Source: Phycisphaeraceae bacterium
Lineage (GTDB): Bacteria > Planctomycetota > Phycisphaerae > Phycisphaerales > Phycisphaeraceae
Direction: 5' to 3'
Assembly (NCBI GenBank): GCA_963674705.1
Contig: OY771506.1
Coordinates: 1,792,001-1,856,000, forward strand
Length of the DNA stretch: 64,000 nucleotides
The notes below the pieces were generated by a model, which saw only the letters and a list, made by a program, of their open reading frames with translations, was not told the origin of the DNA and ran no database searches. Both the position numbers and the translations under genes were made by a program. This document shows positions 37,928 to 48,441 of this stretch, piece after piece (positions within the stretch are counted from its first letter, which is position 1; the number at the start of each line of letters is the position of its first letter).

Positions 37928-39409
37928 ATGAAAAGCAGAAAGAGATTAGCGTTGACCCTGACCGCGTTTGTCGGCCTGACTGAGATGTTGATGTATGCAC
38001 CGATGCCCGAAGCCAGCGGCGAAGGTCAAACTGCCCAAACGTTTCACAGCTTCGCGCCGACGCCGCCGATGGGCTGGAACAGTTGGGATTGCTACGGCTC
38101 GTCGGTCGTCGAGCAAGAAGTGCGCGCTAACGCCGAGTTCATGGCCAAGAACCTGAAGCAGTTCGGCTGGGAGTATGTGGTCGTCGATATCCGCTGGTAT
38201 GTGGAGAATCCGAACACGCCGCCGCATCGTCCTTACAACCAGCACGATGCGATCTATTCGTTTAACGCTAACGGGATCCTGACACCGGCGATGAACCGCT
38301 TCCCCTCAGCGAAGGGCGACAACGGGCAGAACCTCGGTTTCAAACCACTGGCCGATGACATCCATGAGATGGGATTGAAGTTCGGCGTGCACCTGATGCG
38401 CGGGATCAACAAAAAGGTCTGGGAAGCCGACCTGTCGATCCCGGGTTCGGACTTTACGACCAGGGACATCGAACGTAACACTTGGGCGAACGGCGAAACA
38501 GATACCGGCGCAGCGTGGCTGAAAGATAACTACGGGATGAAGAAGTCCCCGGCCGCACAGGCGTATTACGATGCGATGTTCGCGGAGTATGCCAGGTGGG
38601 GTATCGACTATGTGAAGATCGACGACATGCTGCGCGATTATTCGCACCCGGATGATTCTTACTATGCGGGTGAGATCGAGATGATCCGCACAGCGATCGA
38701 CAAGACGGGCCGGCCGATGGTGTTGAGCTTATCACCCGGCGCAGCGCCGCTTGCCAGGGCGGAACACCTGGTTGATAACGCAAACCTCTGGCGGATCACG
38801 GATGATCTGTGGGACAACTGGCACGATGTGTTCGTGATGTTTGATAGAGCCAAGGAGTGGACGCCTTACTGTGGGCCGGGGCATTGGCCTGACAATGACA
38901 TGCTGCCGTTAGGCAGGCTTTCGATCCGTGGCGAGCGAGGTGAATTCAATCGCGACTCGAATCTGACGCAAGACGAGCAGCGGACGCTGATGTCGCTGTG
39001 GTTTATTTCGCGTTCGCCTTTGATGTTCGGCGGGGATTTGCCGCATATCAGGAAGACCAACGATGCGTTTACATTGTCACTACTGAATAATCCGGAAGCA
39101 ATCGCGGTAAACCAGGCGAGTGCGAACAACCACGAGCTAAGCCGATCGCAGGACGGCGTCGAGGTTGTCTGGCTGGCGGATGCGACGGGTGAGTACGCGG
39201 GAGCAAAGTACGTGGGGCTGTTTAACCGTGGCGATGCGGTGCGAAAGATAAGCGTGTCGGTCGATGCGTTGGGCTTGGATGGCAAGAAGAAACTGATTGT
39301 TCGCGATGTCTGGGCATGTGAGGATCTGGCTGACGCACAGAGCGATGGCAAGATTATCCTTGACGTGCCTGCCCATGGCTCGCGTTTGCTTCGGGTGTCC
39401 GGCAATTAA
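37928..39409 (+). CDS. Glycoside hydrolase family 27 (alpha-galactosidase/beta-L-arabinopyranosidase-like)
   Basis: TPPMGWNSW, YVVVDIRW, WGIDYVKIDD, WRITDD, HWPDNDMLPLG. Confidence 0.92.
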   Translation: MKSRKRLALTLTAFVGLTEMLMYAPMPEASGEGQTAQTFHSFAPTPPMGWNSWDCYGSSVVEQEVRANAEFMAKNLKQFGWEYVVVDIRWYVENPNTPPHRPYNQHDAIYSFNANGILTPAMNRFPSAKGDNGQNLGFKPLADDIHEMGLKFGVHLMRGINKKVWEADLSIPGSDFTTRDIERNTWANGETDTGAAWLKDNYGMKKSPAAQAYYDAMFAEYARWGIDYVKIDDMLRDYSHPDDSYYAGEIEMIRTAIDKTGRPMVLSLSPGAAPLARAEHLVDNANLWRITDDLWDNWHDVFVMFDRAKEWTPYCGPGHWPDNDMLPLGRLSIRGERGEFNRDSNLTQDEQRTLMSLWFISRSPLMFGGDLPHIRKTNDAFTLSLLNNPEAIAVNQASANNHELSRSQDGVEVVWLADATGEYAGAKYVGLFNRGDAVRKISVSVDALGLDGKKKLIVRDVWACEDLADAQSDGKIILDVPAHGSRLLRVSGN

Positions 39410-39625
39410 AGCATTTTTAGCCACAGATGAACACGGATAAACACGGATGAAGAAAAAGTGTTTCTTGGCAATATCTTCATCCGTATGCATCTGTGTTCAT
39501 CCGTGGCTATAAATAATGGTTTTGTTATTTTGGGGCCAATCTTTTCATAGCGTGGGTATGTGATTACCATGGCTGTCTCAATAGAGCGGCCGGTGGTCGC
39601 TGTTCTTTGGTTTGAGGAATTACAC

Positions 39626-41866
39626 ATGAATGACTTGATGATCGTCTGTAGCGTCGTGTTGCTGGCGTCGTTGTTGATTGGGATGGCAAGCTCGGAGGTG
39701 TCGGCACAATCGATGTTGACGCGGTGGGCGGACGATCTGAATCCCGATGCGCCGTTGCCGGAGTATCCCCGGCCGCAGATGGTGCGTCAGGCGTGGGAGA
39801 ACCTGAACGGCCGGTGGGATTATGCCATTGTGGATAGCAAGGCGTCGGCTCCCGAGAAGTGGGATGGCAAGATCACCGTGCCGTTCGCGGTTGAATCGCA
39901 GTTATCGGGCGTGATGAAGCGTGTGGGCGATGATGAAGCGCTATGGTATCGCAGGACGTTTGCAACGCCGAAGCTTCATGATGCCGGGCGATTGCTATTG
40001 CACTTCGGCGCGGTCGACTGGCATGCAACTGTATGGGTGAACGGCAAACGGGTCGGCGAACATCGCGGAGGCTACGATGCGTTCACGTTTGATATCACCG
40101 ATGCGCTCGATGCAAGCGGTGAGAATGAACTATTGGTGAAAGTCGTTGATCCGACGGACGGCGGCACACAGCCGCATGGCAAGCAGATCCGTAAGCCGCA
40201 CGGCATCTGGTACACACCCGTGACCGGCATCTGGCAGACGGTCTGGTTGGAGCCCGTATCAAGTGGATATATCAAGTCCATCAAGATCACGCCTGACCTG
40301 GACAGCCATACGGTTTCGATCGTTGTCGATGCGGTTGGTGCCGAAGGTTTGAAGGCAATAGTGATTTCGGAAAAAGACAATACTTCTACGACAGGTAAAC
40401 CGGGCGAAGCGATCGAATTGAAGCTGGATGCATCGTCGTATGACACGCCCTGGAGTCCGGATTCGCCGCAGCTTTATGACATGACAATCGAACTGGTGCG
40501 CGACAGCGAAGTGGTCGATGTGGTGGCCAGTTACTTTGCGCTGCGCAAGATCGAGGTGCGTAAAACTTCGGACGGTTTTAATCGTTTGTTTTTGAATAAC
40601 AAGCCGGTGTTCCAGTATGGGCCATTGGATCAGGGGTGGTGGCCCGACGGTTTGTACACCGCGCCGACGGATAAAGCGCTTGCGTACGATATCCAAATCA
40701 CCAGGGCGATGGGCTTTAACATGGCGCGCAAGCACGTGAAGGTTGAGCCTGCGCGCTGGTACTACCATGCGGATCGTTTGGGATTGCTGGTCTGGCAGGA
40801 CATGCCCAATGGTGATGCGAGTATCGGCCCGGGTAAGCCTGACATCACGCGCTCGGCGGAGTCGGAAGCGATCTATCGTGAAGAGTGGGAGCAGATCGTC
40901 ACGCAGTTCTACAACCACCCGTGCATTGTTGTGTGGGTGCCGTTCAACGAAGGTTGGGGGCAGTTCAAGACGAACGAGATACTCGCATGGACGAAGCAGC
41001 TAGATCCGACGCGCCTGGTGAATGGTCCCAGCGGCTGGGAAGACCGCGGCGAAGGTGATATGCACGACATGCACAACTACCCCGGGCCCGGCATGTTCCC
41101 TGTGGAAGACAAACGCGCATCGGTATTGGGTGAGTTCGGTGGATTGGGCCTACCACTTGCCGGCCACCTCTGGCAGGAAAAAGAGAACTGGGGCTATCGC
41201 AGCTTCGATAACGCGGAAGCTCTAACCAAACGCTACGAGCAAGCTGTTAATGAATTGCGTCTGCTGATCGGGCAAGGTTTAGCTGCGGCGGTGTATACGC
41301 AGACGACGGACGTCGAGGGCGAAGTTAACGGCCTGCTGACGTATGATCGCGACATCATCAAGATGCCTGCGGAATCGCTACACAAACTGCACGCGCCGCT
41401 TTATACCGAGCCGCCAAAGGTGGTTGAGCTTGTGCCGACCAGTGAAGATGAAGCGTTGACCTGGTCTTATACGTTTGAGCAACCGGCCGACGGTTGGGAG
41501 AAGGGCGGCTTTGATGACAGCGCATGGCAGCAGGGGCCGGCGGGCTTCGGCACGGAGCACACGCCGCGCACGACGGTCCGAACGGTATGGGATAACAGCG
41601 ACATCTGGATCCGCCGTGGTTTTGAGTTGAAGGACGTCCCGGCCGGCGAGTTGTGTCTGCGTGTGTATCACGATGAAGATGCCGAGGTGTATATCAACGG
41701 GCTGCATGTCATACAGGTGCAGGGCTACAGCGGGCAGTATATGTATCGCATCACGCAACAGGATGCGAAGGATGTTTTGCAAAAAGGAAGTAACACGATC
41801 GCGGTGCACTGCAAGCAGACCAAGGGCGGGCAGTACATCGATGTGGGTTTAAGCGTGCTGGAATAG
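39626..41866 (+). CDS. Glycoside hydrolase family 2 with a C-terminal beta-sandwich
   Basis: PEYPRPQM, LHFGAVDW, GPLDQGWWPDG, RKHVKVEP, WVPFNEGWGQ, GEFGG. Confidence 0.92.
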   Translation: MNDLMIVCSVVLLASLLIGMASSEVSAQSMLTRWADDLNPDAPLPEYPRPQMVRQAWENLNGRWDYAIVDSKASAPEKWDGKITVPFAVESQLSGVMKRVGDDEALWYRRTFATPKLHDAGRLLLHFGAVDWHATVWVNGKRVGEHRGGYDAFTFDITDALDASGENELLVKVVDPTDGGTQPHGKQIRKPHGIWYTPVTGIWQTVWLEPVSSGYIKSIKITPDLDSHTVSIVVDAVGAEGLKAIVISEKDNTSTTGKPGEAIELKLDASSYDTPWSPDSPQLYDMTIELVRDSEVVDVVASYFALRKIEVRKTSDGFNRLFLNNKPVFQYGPLDQGWWPDGLYTAPTDKALAYDIQITRAMGFNMARKHVKVEPARWYYHADRLGLLVWQDMPNGDASIGPGKPDITRSAESEAIYREEWEQIVTQFYNHPCIVVWVPFNEGWGQFKTNEILAWTKQLDPTRLVNGPSGWEDRGEGDMHDMHNYPGPGMFPVEDKRASVLGEFGGLGLPLAGHLWQEKENWGYRSFDNAEALTKRYEQAVNELRLLIGQGLAAAVYTQTTDVEGEVNGLLTYDRDIIKMPAESLHKLHAPLYTEPPKVVELVPTSEDEALTWSYTFEQPADGWEKGGFDDSAWQQGPAGFGTEHTPRTTVRTVWDNSDIWIRRGFELKDVPAGELCLRVYHDEDAEVYINGLHVIQVQGYSGQYMYRITQQDAKDVLQKGSNTIAVHCKQTKGGQYIDVGLSVLE

Positions 41867-41908
41867 GGATTCCGATCTATCAGCCAATCAAACAAAGCGA
41901 GGTTCCGG

Positions 41909-42532
41909 ATGGCGCGTCACGTTTGTCTTTTACGGGTGATTATCTGTTTGGCATGTTGTGCGGTGTTGGCGATACATGTGCCGGTGTTCGCAGCGGAAAC
42001 AGACGAATTGGAAGCGGAGCATGATGCGCTGCGAGCATTTAAGACGTTGTTTGAACAGGCGGTAAATTCGAATCAACTGGAGATGTTGCAGCCGCACCTG
42101 CACGATCCCTTTTCAGTGGTGACGTACACGGACCGTGAGTTTTCCGACTTCGATGCGTTTAAAGTACGCTGGCAGAAGACGCGGGACGAGATGCTGCAGG
42201 GCGGGTCGTACACGGTCGAGCTTTTGCCGGACAGCAGCCAGATCTTCGGCGATATCGCGATCGCGAAGGGGGATTCGAATAACGTGCTCGTCACCGGCAG
42301 CGGTCAGGAGCACCGGTTCACCTCAAAGTGGACAGTGGTGTTCCGCAAGGTGGATGGCAATTGGAAGATTCTCCGCGTGCACAGCACGTTGAACCCGTTC
42401 GACAATTCGATGATCAGATCGCACGTGCAAGGCTTGCTGATCAAGTCAATCGGCGCAGCATTACTGGGCGGATTGATTCTGGGCTGGCTGCTGCGGATGT
42501 TTGTCGGCCGAAGTAAACGGGCTGCGGTCTGA
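41909..42532 (+). CDS. NTF2-like (DUF4440/SnoaL) exported protein with a C-terminal TM anchor
   Basis: Signal peptide; WTVVFRKVDGNWKILRVHS; hydrophobic C-terminus. Confidence 0.8.
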   Translation: MARHVCLLRVIICLACCAVLAIHVPVFAAETDELEAEHDALRAFKTLFEQAVNSNQLEMLQPHLHDPFSVVTYTDREFSDFDAFKVRWQKTRDEMLQGGSYTVELLPDSSQIFGDIAIAKGDSNNVLVTGSGQEHRFTSKWTVVFRKVDGNWKILRVHSTLNPFDNSMIRSHVQGLLIKSIGAALLGGLILGWLLRMFVGRSKRAAV

Positions 42533-42558
42533 GCATCATTCAACATAAGGTGCTGCCG

Positions 42559-42933
42559 ATGCAGAATACACCGCTGGTTTCGATTGTTTGCGTTCTTATC
42601 GCCTCGGTTTTGGGTGCGGGCGGGCAATACCTGTTTAAAGCGGGAACGGATCGCATGTCGGGAGGGCCGATGTCGTTCCTGTTCTCGCCGTGGGTGTGGG
42701 TGGGGATGCTCTGCTACATCGCGGTGATGTTTTTCTTCACGTATGCGTTTAAAAAAGGCGGGACGGTAACGGTGCTGTACCCGATCTATGCGTCGACGTT
42801 TATCTGGTCGGCGGTGATGGGCTGGATGATTAACCAGCAGCCGATCCGTGCGGTGCATGTGCTGGGGATGCTGCTGCTGATCGTGGGGATGTACCTGATG
42901 GGGATCGGCAACGCGGCGGCAGGCAAGACATGA
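42559..42933 (+). CDS. Small EamA/SMR-type membrane protein (ArnE/F-like)
   Basis: Four TM segments; GQYLFK, VTVLYPI. Confidence 0.8.
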   Translation: MQNTPLVSIVCVLIASVLGAGGQYLFKAGTDRMSGGPMSFLFSPWVWVGMLCYIAVMFFFTYAFKKGGTVTVLYPIYASTFIWSAVMGWMINQQPIRAVHVLGMLLLIVGMYLMGIGNAAAGKT

Positions 42934-42978
42934 TAAGCGTAAGTGAACCTGTTCATATGAAGTACGTAGGTAACGAGC

Positions 42979-43677
42979 ATGGGTGATTATCAGCCGACAT
43001 CACGACGCGCCATTGCGGATGTATTTCGTAAGACAGCAAACAGCGCGGTGCGTTTGTGCGTTCGACTTGAAGTGTCACCCGACGCGGTGTCGTACAGTTC
43101 GATTGTTGCGGCAGCCGGGGCTGCGGTGTGTTTCTGGCAGTCGGGCAGGATAGCGGCGCTATTGATCCCGGCGGTCGCGCTGTGTTATCTGCGGCTGTGG
43201 TTTAACATGCTCGACGGCATGGTCGCGCTGGCATCGGGCAAGGCAAGCCGGCGGGGCGAAGTGATTAACGAATTGCCCGATCGCATTTCAGATGTACTGA
43301 TATTTGTGGGTGTCGCGCACAGCGGGTTGTGCCAGCCGATCATCGCGTACTGGGTGGCGATCCTGAGCGTGATGGTGGCATACATCGGGATACTCGGCCA
43401 AGCGGTGGGCGTGCAGCGCGAGTTCAGCGGGGTGATGTCCAAACCCTGGCGGATGGTGGTGCTGCACGCGGGGGCGTGGATGACGTTGGCGCTGATTTGG
43501 TGGGGTAATAGCGCGTATGTCTTCGGCGGATTAACGGTGCTGGACTGGACACATCTGCTCATCATTGCCGGTTGTCTGCAGACTTCGGCCATTCGACTCA
43601 TGCATATGATGCGTGCGCTTAATGCAAGCGCTGAATCTGCAGACGCGCTGCAGACGCCAACGGAGAAAGATGCATGA
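42979..43677 (+). CDS. CDP-alcohol phosphatidyltransferase (YnbA-like)
   Basis: NMLDGMVA...GEVINELPDRISD. Confidence 0.9.
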   Translation: MGDYQPTSRRAIADVFRKTANSAVRLCVRLEVSPDAVSYSSIVAAAGAAVCFWQSGRIAALLIPAVALCYLRLWFNMLDGMVALASGKASRRGEVINELPDRISDVLIFVGVAHSGLCQPIIAYWVAILSVMVAYIGILGQAVGVQREFSGVMSKPWRMVVLHAGAWMTLALIWWGNSAYVFGGLTVLDWTHLLIIAGCLQTSAIRLMHMMRALNASAESADALQTPTEKDA

Positions 43678-44621
43678 GTCCGCGTGCTGCGATGGATAGC
43701 CAGGTGTTTTTGATCTACCTGGCGATTCTTGTGTCGATCCTGATTGTAGCCGGCGGCACGATCTCGCTATTGCGCTGGGGGCTTAAGAAAGAGGTTGGGC
43801 ATGCGTGGGCGTCGTACCGCGGCTGGTTGGTGATGGTGCCGTTGGTTTTGGTGTGTCTATTTCTTGGGCGGATTGCGACGATTGTGGGCCTGACGCTTGT
43901 TGCGGTGCATAGTATGAAGGAATACGCTCGTGCGACGGGGCTCTATCGCGATTGGACGATGACGAGCGTGTTGTACCTGGGCGTGATCGGCTGCGGCGTA
44001 ACCGCGTTGGTGACGGACCCGTTCCTGCACGTGCCGGGGTGGTACGGCTTGTTCATGACGTTGCCCGCCTACACGATCGCGGCGATCCTCCTGGTCCCGA
44101 TCGTTCGTAACAAGGCGGCCGGTCAGTTGCAGGCGATCGCGCTGGCGGTGGTGGGCTTCATCTACATCGGCTGGATGTTCGGGCACGTGATCTTTCTTGC
44201 CAATTCATCCAACGCGTACGGGTATCTTCTGTATTTGTTGTTTGCAGTGCAGATCAATGATGTGTCGGCTTACGTGTTTGGCAAGTGTTTCGGCCGACAT
44301 CCGCTTCGCCGCAACATCAGCCCGAAGAAAACATGGGAAGGTTCGCTCGGGGCGTTTGCGGTGTCGATGGTGCTGCCTTGGGTGATGCATTTTTCTTTCC
44401 CGCACTTTACGGCCGTGCAGTGCGTGCTGACCGGGTTGATCGTCGGGATTGGCGGACAGCTTGGCGATTTATCGATGAGCGTGATCAAGCGCGATATCGG
44501 GATCAAGGACATGGGCAACCTGATCACGGGCCACGGCGGCGTATTGGACCGGATCGACAGCCTCATTTACACCGCTCCCCTGTTTTTCCACATGGTGCGT
44601 TATTTTCACGATATTTATTGA
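43674..44621 (+). CDS. Phosphatidate cytidylyltransferase (YnbB/CdsA-like)
   Basis: ISPKKTWEG, GDLSMSVIKRDIGIKD, GHGGVLDRIDS. Confidence 0.93.
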   Translation: MSPRAAMDSQVFLIYLAILVSILIVAGGTISLLRWGLKKEVGHAWASYRGWLVMVPLVLVCLFLGRIATIVGLTLVAVHSMKEYARATGLYRDWTMTSVLYLGVIGCGVTALVTDPFLHVPGWYGLFMTLPAYTIAAILLVPIVRNKAAGQLQAIALAVVGFIYIGWMFGHVIFLANSSNAYGYLLYLLFAVQINDVSAYVFGKCFGRHPLRRNISPKKTWEGSLGAFAVSMVLPWVMHFSFPHFTAVQCVLTGLIVGIGGQLGDLSMSVIKRDIGIKDMGNLITGHGGVLDRIDSLIYTAPLFFHMVRYFHDIY

Positions 44622-44759
44622 CCGGTGAACCGGACCGTGAGACACGACGTACGGGTCTGTAGAATGGGGTCGTGATATAATCCCTGCCTGGCCTTGGGGC
44701 CTAGATTCCGGGATGTCGATATACCCGCGCTGTTGCGGGTTGTTGCAGGGGATGCAACG

Positions 44760-45521
44760 ATGCAGGATTGGACCTACCAGACCGCGGAAGATATCGATCA
44801 ATCCGTGAAGGATCGATTGCGGCGATTCCCGCGCGAGCCCGACCTGATGGTCTATACCATGCGGTCGGCGGCGGCGTGCCTGATCCGTGCTTGGATGCAC
44901 GCTTATCACGGTTTAACAATCGTCGGCAGAGAAAACCTGCCGCGTGAAAGATCGTGTGTCCTGGTAGCGAATCATACGAGCCATCTGGATACACTCAGCG
45001 TATTGTCTGCGTTTCCGATCCACATGCTGCACCGTGTGTTTCCCGCGGCGGCGAAGGATTTTTTCTTTGAGTCTTTGCCGAGGGTTGCGTTCTCCGCGGT
45101 GATGGTCAATGCCCTGCCGTTCGATCGGCAGACGAGCATTCGACAGAGCCTGAGTTTATGCAGGAACCTGCTTGATCGGCCGAACACGACCTTGCTTTTA
45201 TTTCCGGAAGGGACACGGGCTGTGAGCGGGGTGATGGGGGACTTTAAGCCGGGGATCGGCTATCTGCTGGCGGGTTCGGACACGCCGGTGTGCCCGTGCC
45301 ATATCGACGGCGCGTTTGAAGCTTTGCCCAAAGGCGCATGGCTACCTCGGCCGAAACGTATCCGGATATCGATCGGCGAGCCCCGAACGTATGCACATCT
45401 TAACCGTGGTAAAGAATCTGTACGAGCGATCTGTGATGAACTGCGTGAAAGCATCCAGCAGCTTGCGAAGCCTAAATCGCGGGTTGCTGATGCTGTTGTT
45501 AACCGGGAGCACTTGACATGA
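44760..45521 (+). CDS. Lysophospholipid/1-acyl-glycerol-3-phosphate acyltransferase (PlsC family)
   Basis: NHTSHLD, FPEGTR, FKPG. Confidence 0.92.
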   Translation: MQDWTYQTAEDIDQSVKDRLRRFPREPDLMVYTMRSAAACLIRAWMHAYHGLTIVGRENLPRERSCVLVANHTSHLDTLSVLSAFPIHMLHRVFPAAAKDFFFESLPRVAFSAVMVNALPFDRQTSIRQSLSLCRNLLDRPNTTLLLFPEGTRAVSGVMGDFKPGIGYLLAGSDTPVCPCHIDGAFEALPKGAWLPRPKRIRISIGEPRTYAHLNRGKESVRAICDELRESIQQLAKPKSRVADAVVNREHLT

Positions 45522-47311
45522 CACAACTACATGAGCCGGGACTGATACAAGACGAACGTCAGGAGTCAGATGGCGCGACGGAACATACGCTGAGAATGTG
45601 GGACGGCACGGAATTGTTTTACCGTGCCTGGCTGCCTCAAACACCTGCAAAGAAAGCGTTGTTTCTTTTTCACCGCGGGCACGAACACTCGGGGCGGTTC
45701 AGTGATGTCGTAAAGGAGTTGGATCTGTGGGATACTGCCATATTCGCATGGGATGCGCGCGGGCATGGCAGGTCGCCCGGCGAGCGCGGGTATGCACCCA
45801 GTCTGAGTTATATCGTCAAGGACATCGATTACTTCGTAAAGCAAGTGTTGAAGCTGCATAGCATCCCGGTGGAAGATACGTCCGTGATTGCGCACAGCGT
45901 GGGAGCGGTGACGGTCGCGGCGTGGGTGCATGATTATGCGCCACCGATCCGGTCGCTCGTGCTGGTGACGCCGGCGTTGCGTGTGAAGCTCTATGTACCT
46001 TTTGCGATGCCGGGGCTGCGCCTGCTTCAGAAGATCCGCGGTAAGGCGTTTATCAAGAGTTACGTCAAAGCGAAGATGCTGACGCACGATCCCGAACAGG
46101 CGAGGCGATATAACGAGGACCCGTTAATCGAGCGGTCGATCGCGGTGAATATCCTGCTGGGTTTGTTTGATACTGCGACAAGATTGATCGCGGATGCGGG
46201 CGCGATCCGTGTACCCACGCTTGTTTTATCCGGCGGAGCGGACTGGGTTGTGAAGGTGAAGGCCCAACGCACGTTTTATGGACGGCTCGGTTCAACCAAA
46301 AAACGCATGCGCCACTTCGACGGGATGTACCACGACATCCTTCACGAGAAAGGCCGCGCCGAGGTGCTGGAGGAGATCCGGCGGTTTATCGATAGTGTCC
46401 ATGAAAGCGATGACAAGCGACGACCGATGCTGGATGCGGATCATTTCGGCTACACGCGGGACGAGTACGATCGCTTGAATGAGCCGTTGAAAAATCTATC
46501 GCCGAAGGGCTTGTTCTTCGGCGCTCAGCGTTTATCGATGAAGACGCTTGGGTTACTGAGTAAAGGTATACGGCTGGGTTGGCGGACGGGTTTTGATTCC
46601 GGGCAGACGCTTGACTATGTCTACGAAAACCGATCGCGAGGGAGCCTGCTTCTCGGCAAGTTGTTCGATCGGATGTACCTGAATAACATCGGCTGGTGTG
46701 CGGTCCGCCAGCGGAAGGTGCATGTTGAGCGGTTGTTGAAGCAGACGATTACGCAACTCAAGCAATCGGGCAAGCCGGTGCATGTCGTGGATATCGCGGC
46801 CGGGCAGGGGCGATACGTGCTGGATACGCTTAAGGATTTGAACGATGCGGATGTGACTGCGGTCCTGCGTGATTACCAGGGATCGAACCTCGTTGCCGGG
46901 CGAAAGCTCGTTAAAGCGATGGGCCTGGAGAATGTGAGTTTTGAGTTGGACGATGCGTTTGATGAGCGGTCGCTGGCTGCGATGGACCCGCCCCCGACGG
47001 TTGTGATCGTGTGCGGCTTGTACGAACTGTACCCGGAGAATGCTTATCTGCGCAGGTCGTTACGCGGGATCGCACAGGCGATGAAAAACGGCGGCTACCT
47101 GATCTATGATGGCCAGCCCTGGCACCCGGGCGTGGAGATGATCGCGCGCGTACTGACCAATCGCGAGGGCGACCCATGGATCATGCGCAGGCGCACACAG
47201 GAAGAGCTGGATGATCTGGTGCGCGATGCAGGGTTTGAAAAGCAGACGATGGAGATTGATGAAGAGGGGATATTCACGGTCTCGGTTGCGAAGATTGGCG
47301 GCGTTTCATGA
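45518..47311 (+). CDS. Bifunctional alpha/beta hydrolase - class I SAM methyltransferase (YnbC-like)
   Basis: HRGHEHSGR, WDARGHGRS, AHSVG nucleophile elbow; GFDSGQTLDYVY, DIAAGQGRY, QPWHP, MRRRTQ. Confidence 0.9.
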   Translation: MTQLHEPGLIQDERQESDGATEHTLRMWDGTELFYRAWLPQTPAKKALFLFHRGHEHSGRFSDVVKELDLWDTAIFAWDARGHGRSPGERGYAPSLSYIVKDIDYFVKQVLKLHSIPVEDTSVIAHSVGAVTVAAWVHDYAPPIRSLVLVTPALRVKLYVPFAMPGLRLLQKIRGKAFIKSYVKAKMLTHDPEQARRYNEDPLIERSIAVNILLGLFDTATRLIADAGAIRVPTLVLSGGADWVVKVKAQRTFYGRLGSTKKRMRHFDGMYHDILHEKGRAEVLEEIRRFIDSVHESDDKRRPMLDADHFGYTRDEYDRLNEPLKNLSPKGLFFGAQRLSMKTLGLLSKGIRLGWRTGFDSGQTLDYVYENRSRGSLLLGKLFDRMYLNNIGWCAVRQRKVHVERLLKQTITQLKQSGKPVHVVDIAAGQGRYVLDTLKDLNDADVTAVLRDYQGSNLVAGRKLVKAMGLENVSFELDDAFDERSLAAMDPPPTVVIVCGLYELYPENAYLRRSLRGIAQAMKNGGYLIYDGQPWHPGVEMIARVLTNREGDPWIMRRRTQEELDDLVRDAGFEKQTMEIDEEGIFTVSVAKIGGVS

Positions 47312-48288
47312 TTGATGAAGTGAAGATGCGAGCCGACTACTTTCGGCTGATGAATATGAACGGCGCGGCGCATGTGTATCGAGAGGCTGTGCGGCAAGGA
47401 GTCTTGGATGCGCTGGTGAAGGAGCCGATGAATGCGGCGGAACTTTCGCGGGTTTGTGGGACGCAGGAGAAGCCGACAAGTTTATTGCTCGAAGTCCTAG
47501 CTGCGCTCGGCCTGGTGGATGCCGTTGATGAAGCATATACCCTGACGCCGTTGGCGGGGATGCTGATCGCGGGTGGGTATCGTGAGTTGGGCGATCTTTA
47601 CTGGGCGCACCTGTCGGAGTTTTTGAAGACCGGCAAGCCCATGGCGACGATGGACGCGCTTCAGCAGAGTGAATCGCATTACCAGAAGCAGGCGGCGGCG
47701 CTTGGCTGGATGCTCGGGCCCGCAGCGGAAGCGGCTGCGCAACTCTTGAACAATCAACAGCAGCCGATCGAAAAGGTGCTGGATATCGGCGCCGGCTCTG
47801 CGATCTGGAGCTTGTCGCTGGCTAAGCACGCGGCGAGCGCGACGGTGAGAGCGGTGGATTGGCCTGCCGTATTGGAAGTGGCGAAGCAGACGGCCGCGCG
47901 GTTTGGTTTATCCGATCGCCTGGAATTGATTGCCGGCAACTATCACGAAGTCGACTTGCCCGCTGATAGTTTTGATTTGGCGATCGTTGGCAACGTGACG
48001 CATCTTGAGACAGTTGAAGGCAACCTGAAGCTGTTTAGGAAACTGCACGCGGCAATCAAATCCGGCGGGCGGATCGCGGTGATGGATATCTTCCCGGGGC
48101 AGGCGGAAGGGGATGTGAACCGAGCGCTATACGCGCTAGGGTTGGCATTACGCACGCAGCAGGGGCAGGTACACACACCGCAAGCCTTGGAAGCTCTTTT
48201 GGCTGGGGCTGGATTCGGCCAGGTTTCGCTGTGTGAGTTGCCCGTGCCGCCCTACGCGGTTGGCATGATGATGGGTTCAAAGCTGTGA
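47308..48288 (+). CDS. O-methyltransferase (dimerisation domain + Methyltransf_2)
   Basis: VLDIGAGSAIWS, VDWPAV, IAGNY, GGRIAVMD. Confidence 0.88.
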   Translation: MIDEVKMRADYFRLMNMNGAAHVYREAVRQGVLDALVKEPMNAAELSRVCGTQEKPTSLLLEVLAALGLVDAVDEAYTLTPLAGMLIAGGYRELGDLYWAHLSEFLKTGKPMATMDALQQSESHYQKQAAALGWMLGPAAEAAAQLLNNQQQPIEKVLDIGAGSAIWSLSLAKHAASATVRAVDWPAVLEVAKQTAARFGLSDRLELIAGNYHEVDLPADSFDLAIVGNVTHLETVEGNLKLFRKLHAAIKSGGRIAVMDIFPGQAEGDVNRALYALGLALRTQQGQVHTPQALEALLAGAGFGQVSLCELPVPPYAVGMMMGSKL

Positions 48289-48407
48289 GGCCGCCTGCGT
48301 CATTTGTGCTGTAACTGATTATCTGATAAAGATTAATGATGGCAATAGCGATTCTGATCGGATTTTCTGGCGATCCTATCGGCGTTTGATTGGCTTGACA
48401 GGCCAGA

Positions 48408-48426
48408 TAGTGTATATTATACACTA
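48408..48426. promoter_or_regulatory. NrtR operator overlapping the pncB promoter
   Basis: Perfect palindrome tagtgtata-t-tatacacta (GTGT-N7-ACAC); TTGACA at 48395-48400. Confidence 0.85.
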
Positions 48427-48441
48427 AGTAAGGAGTTAAGT

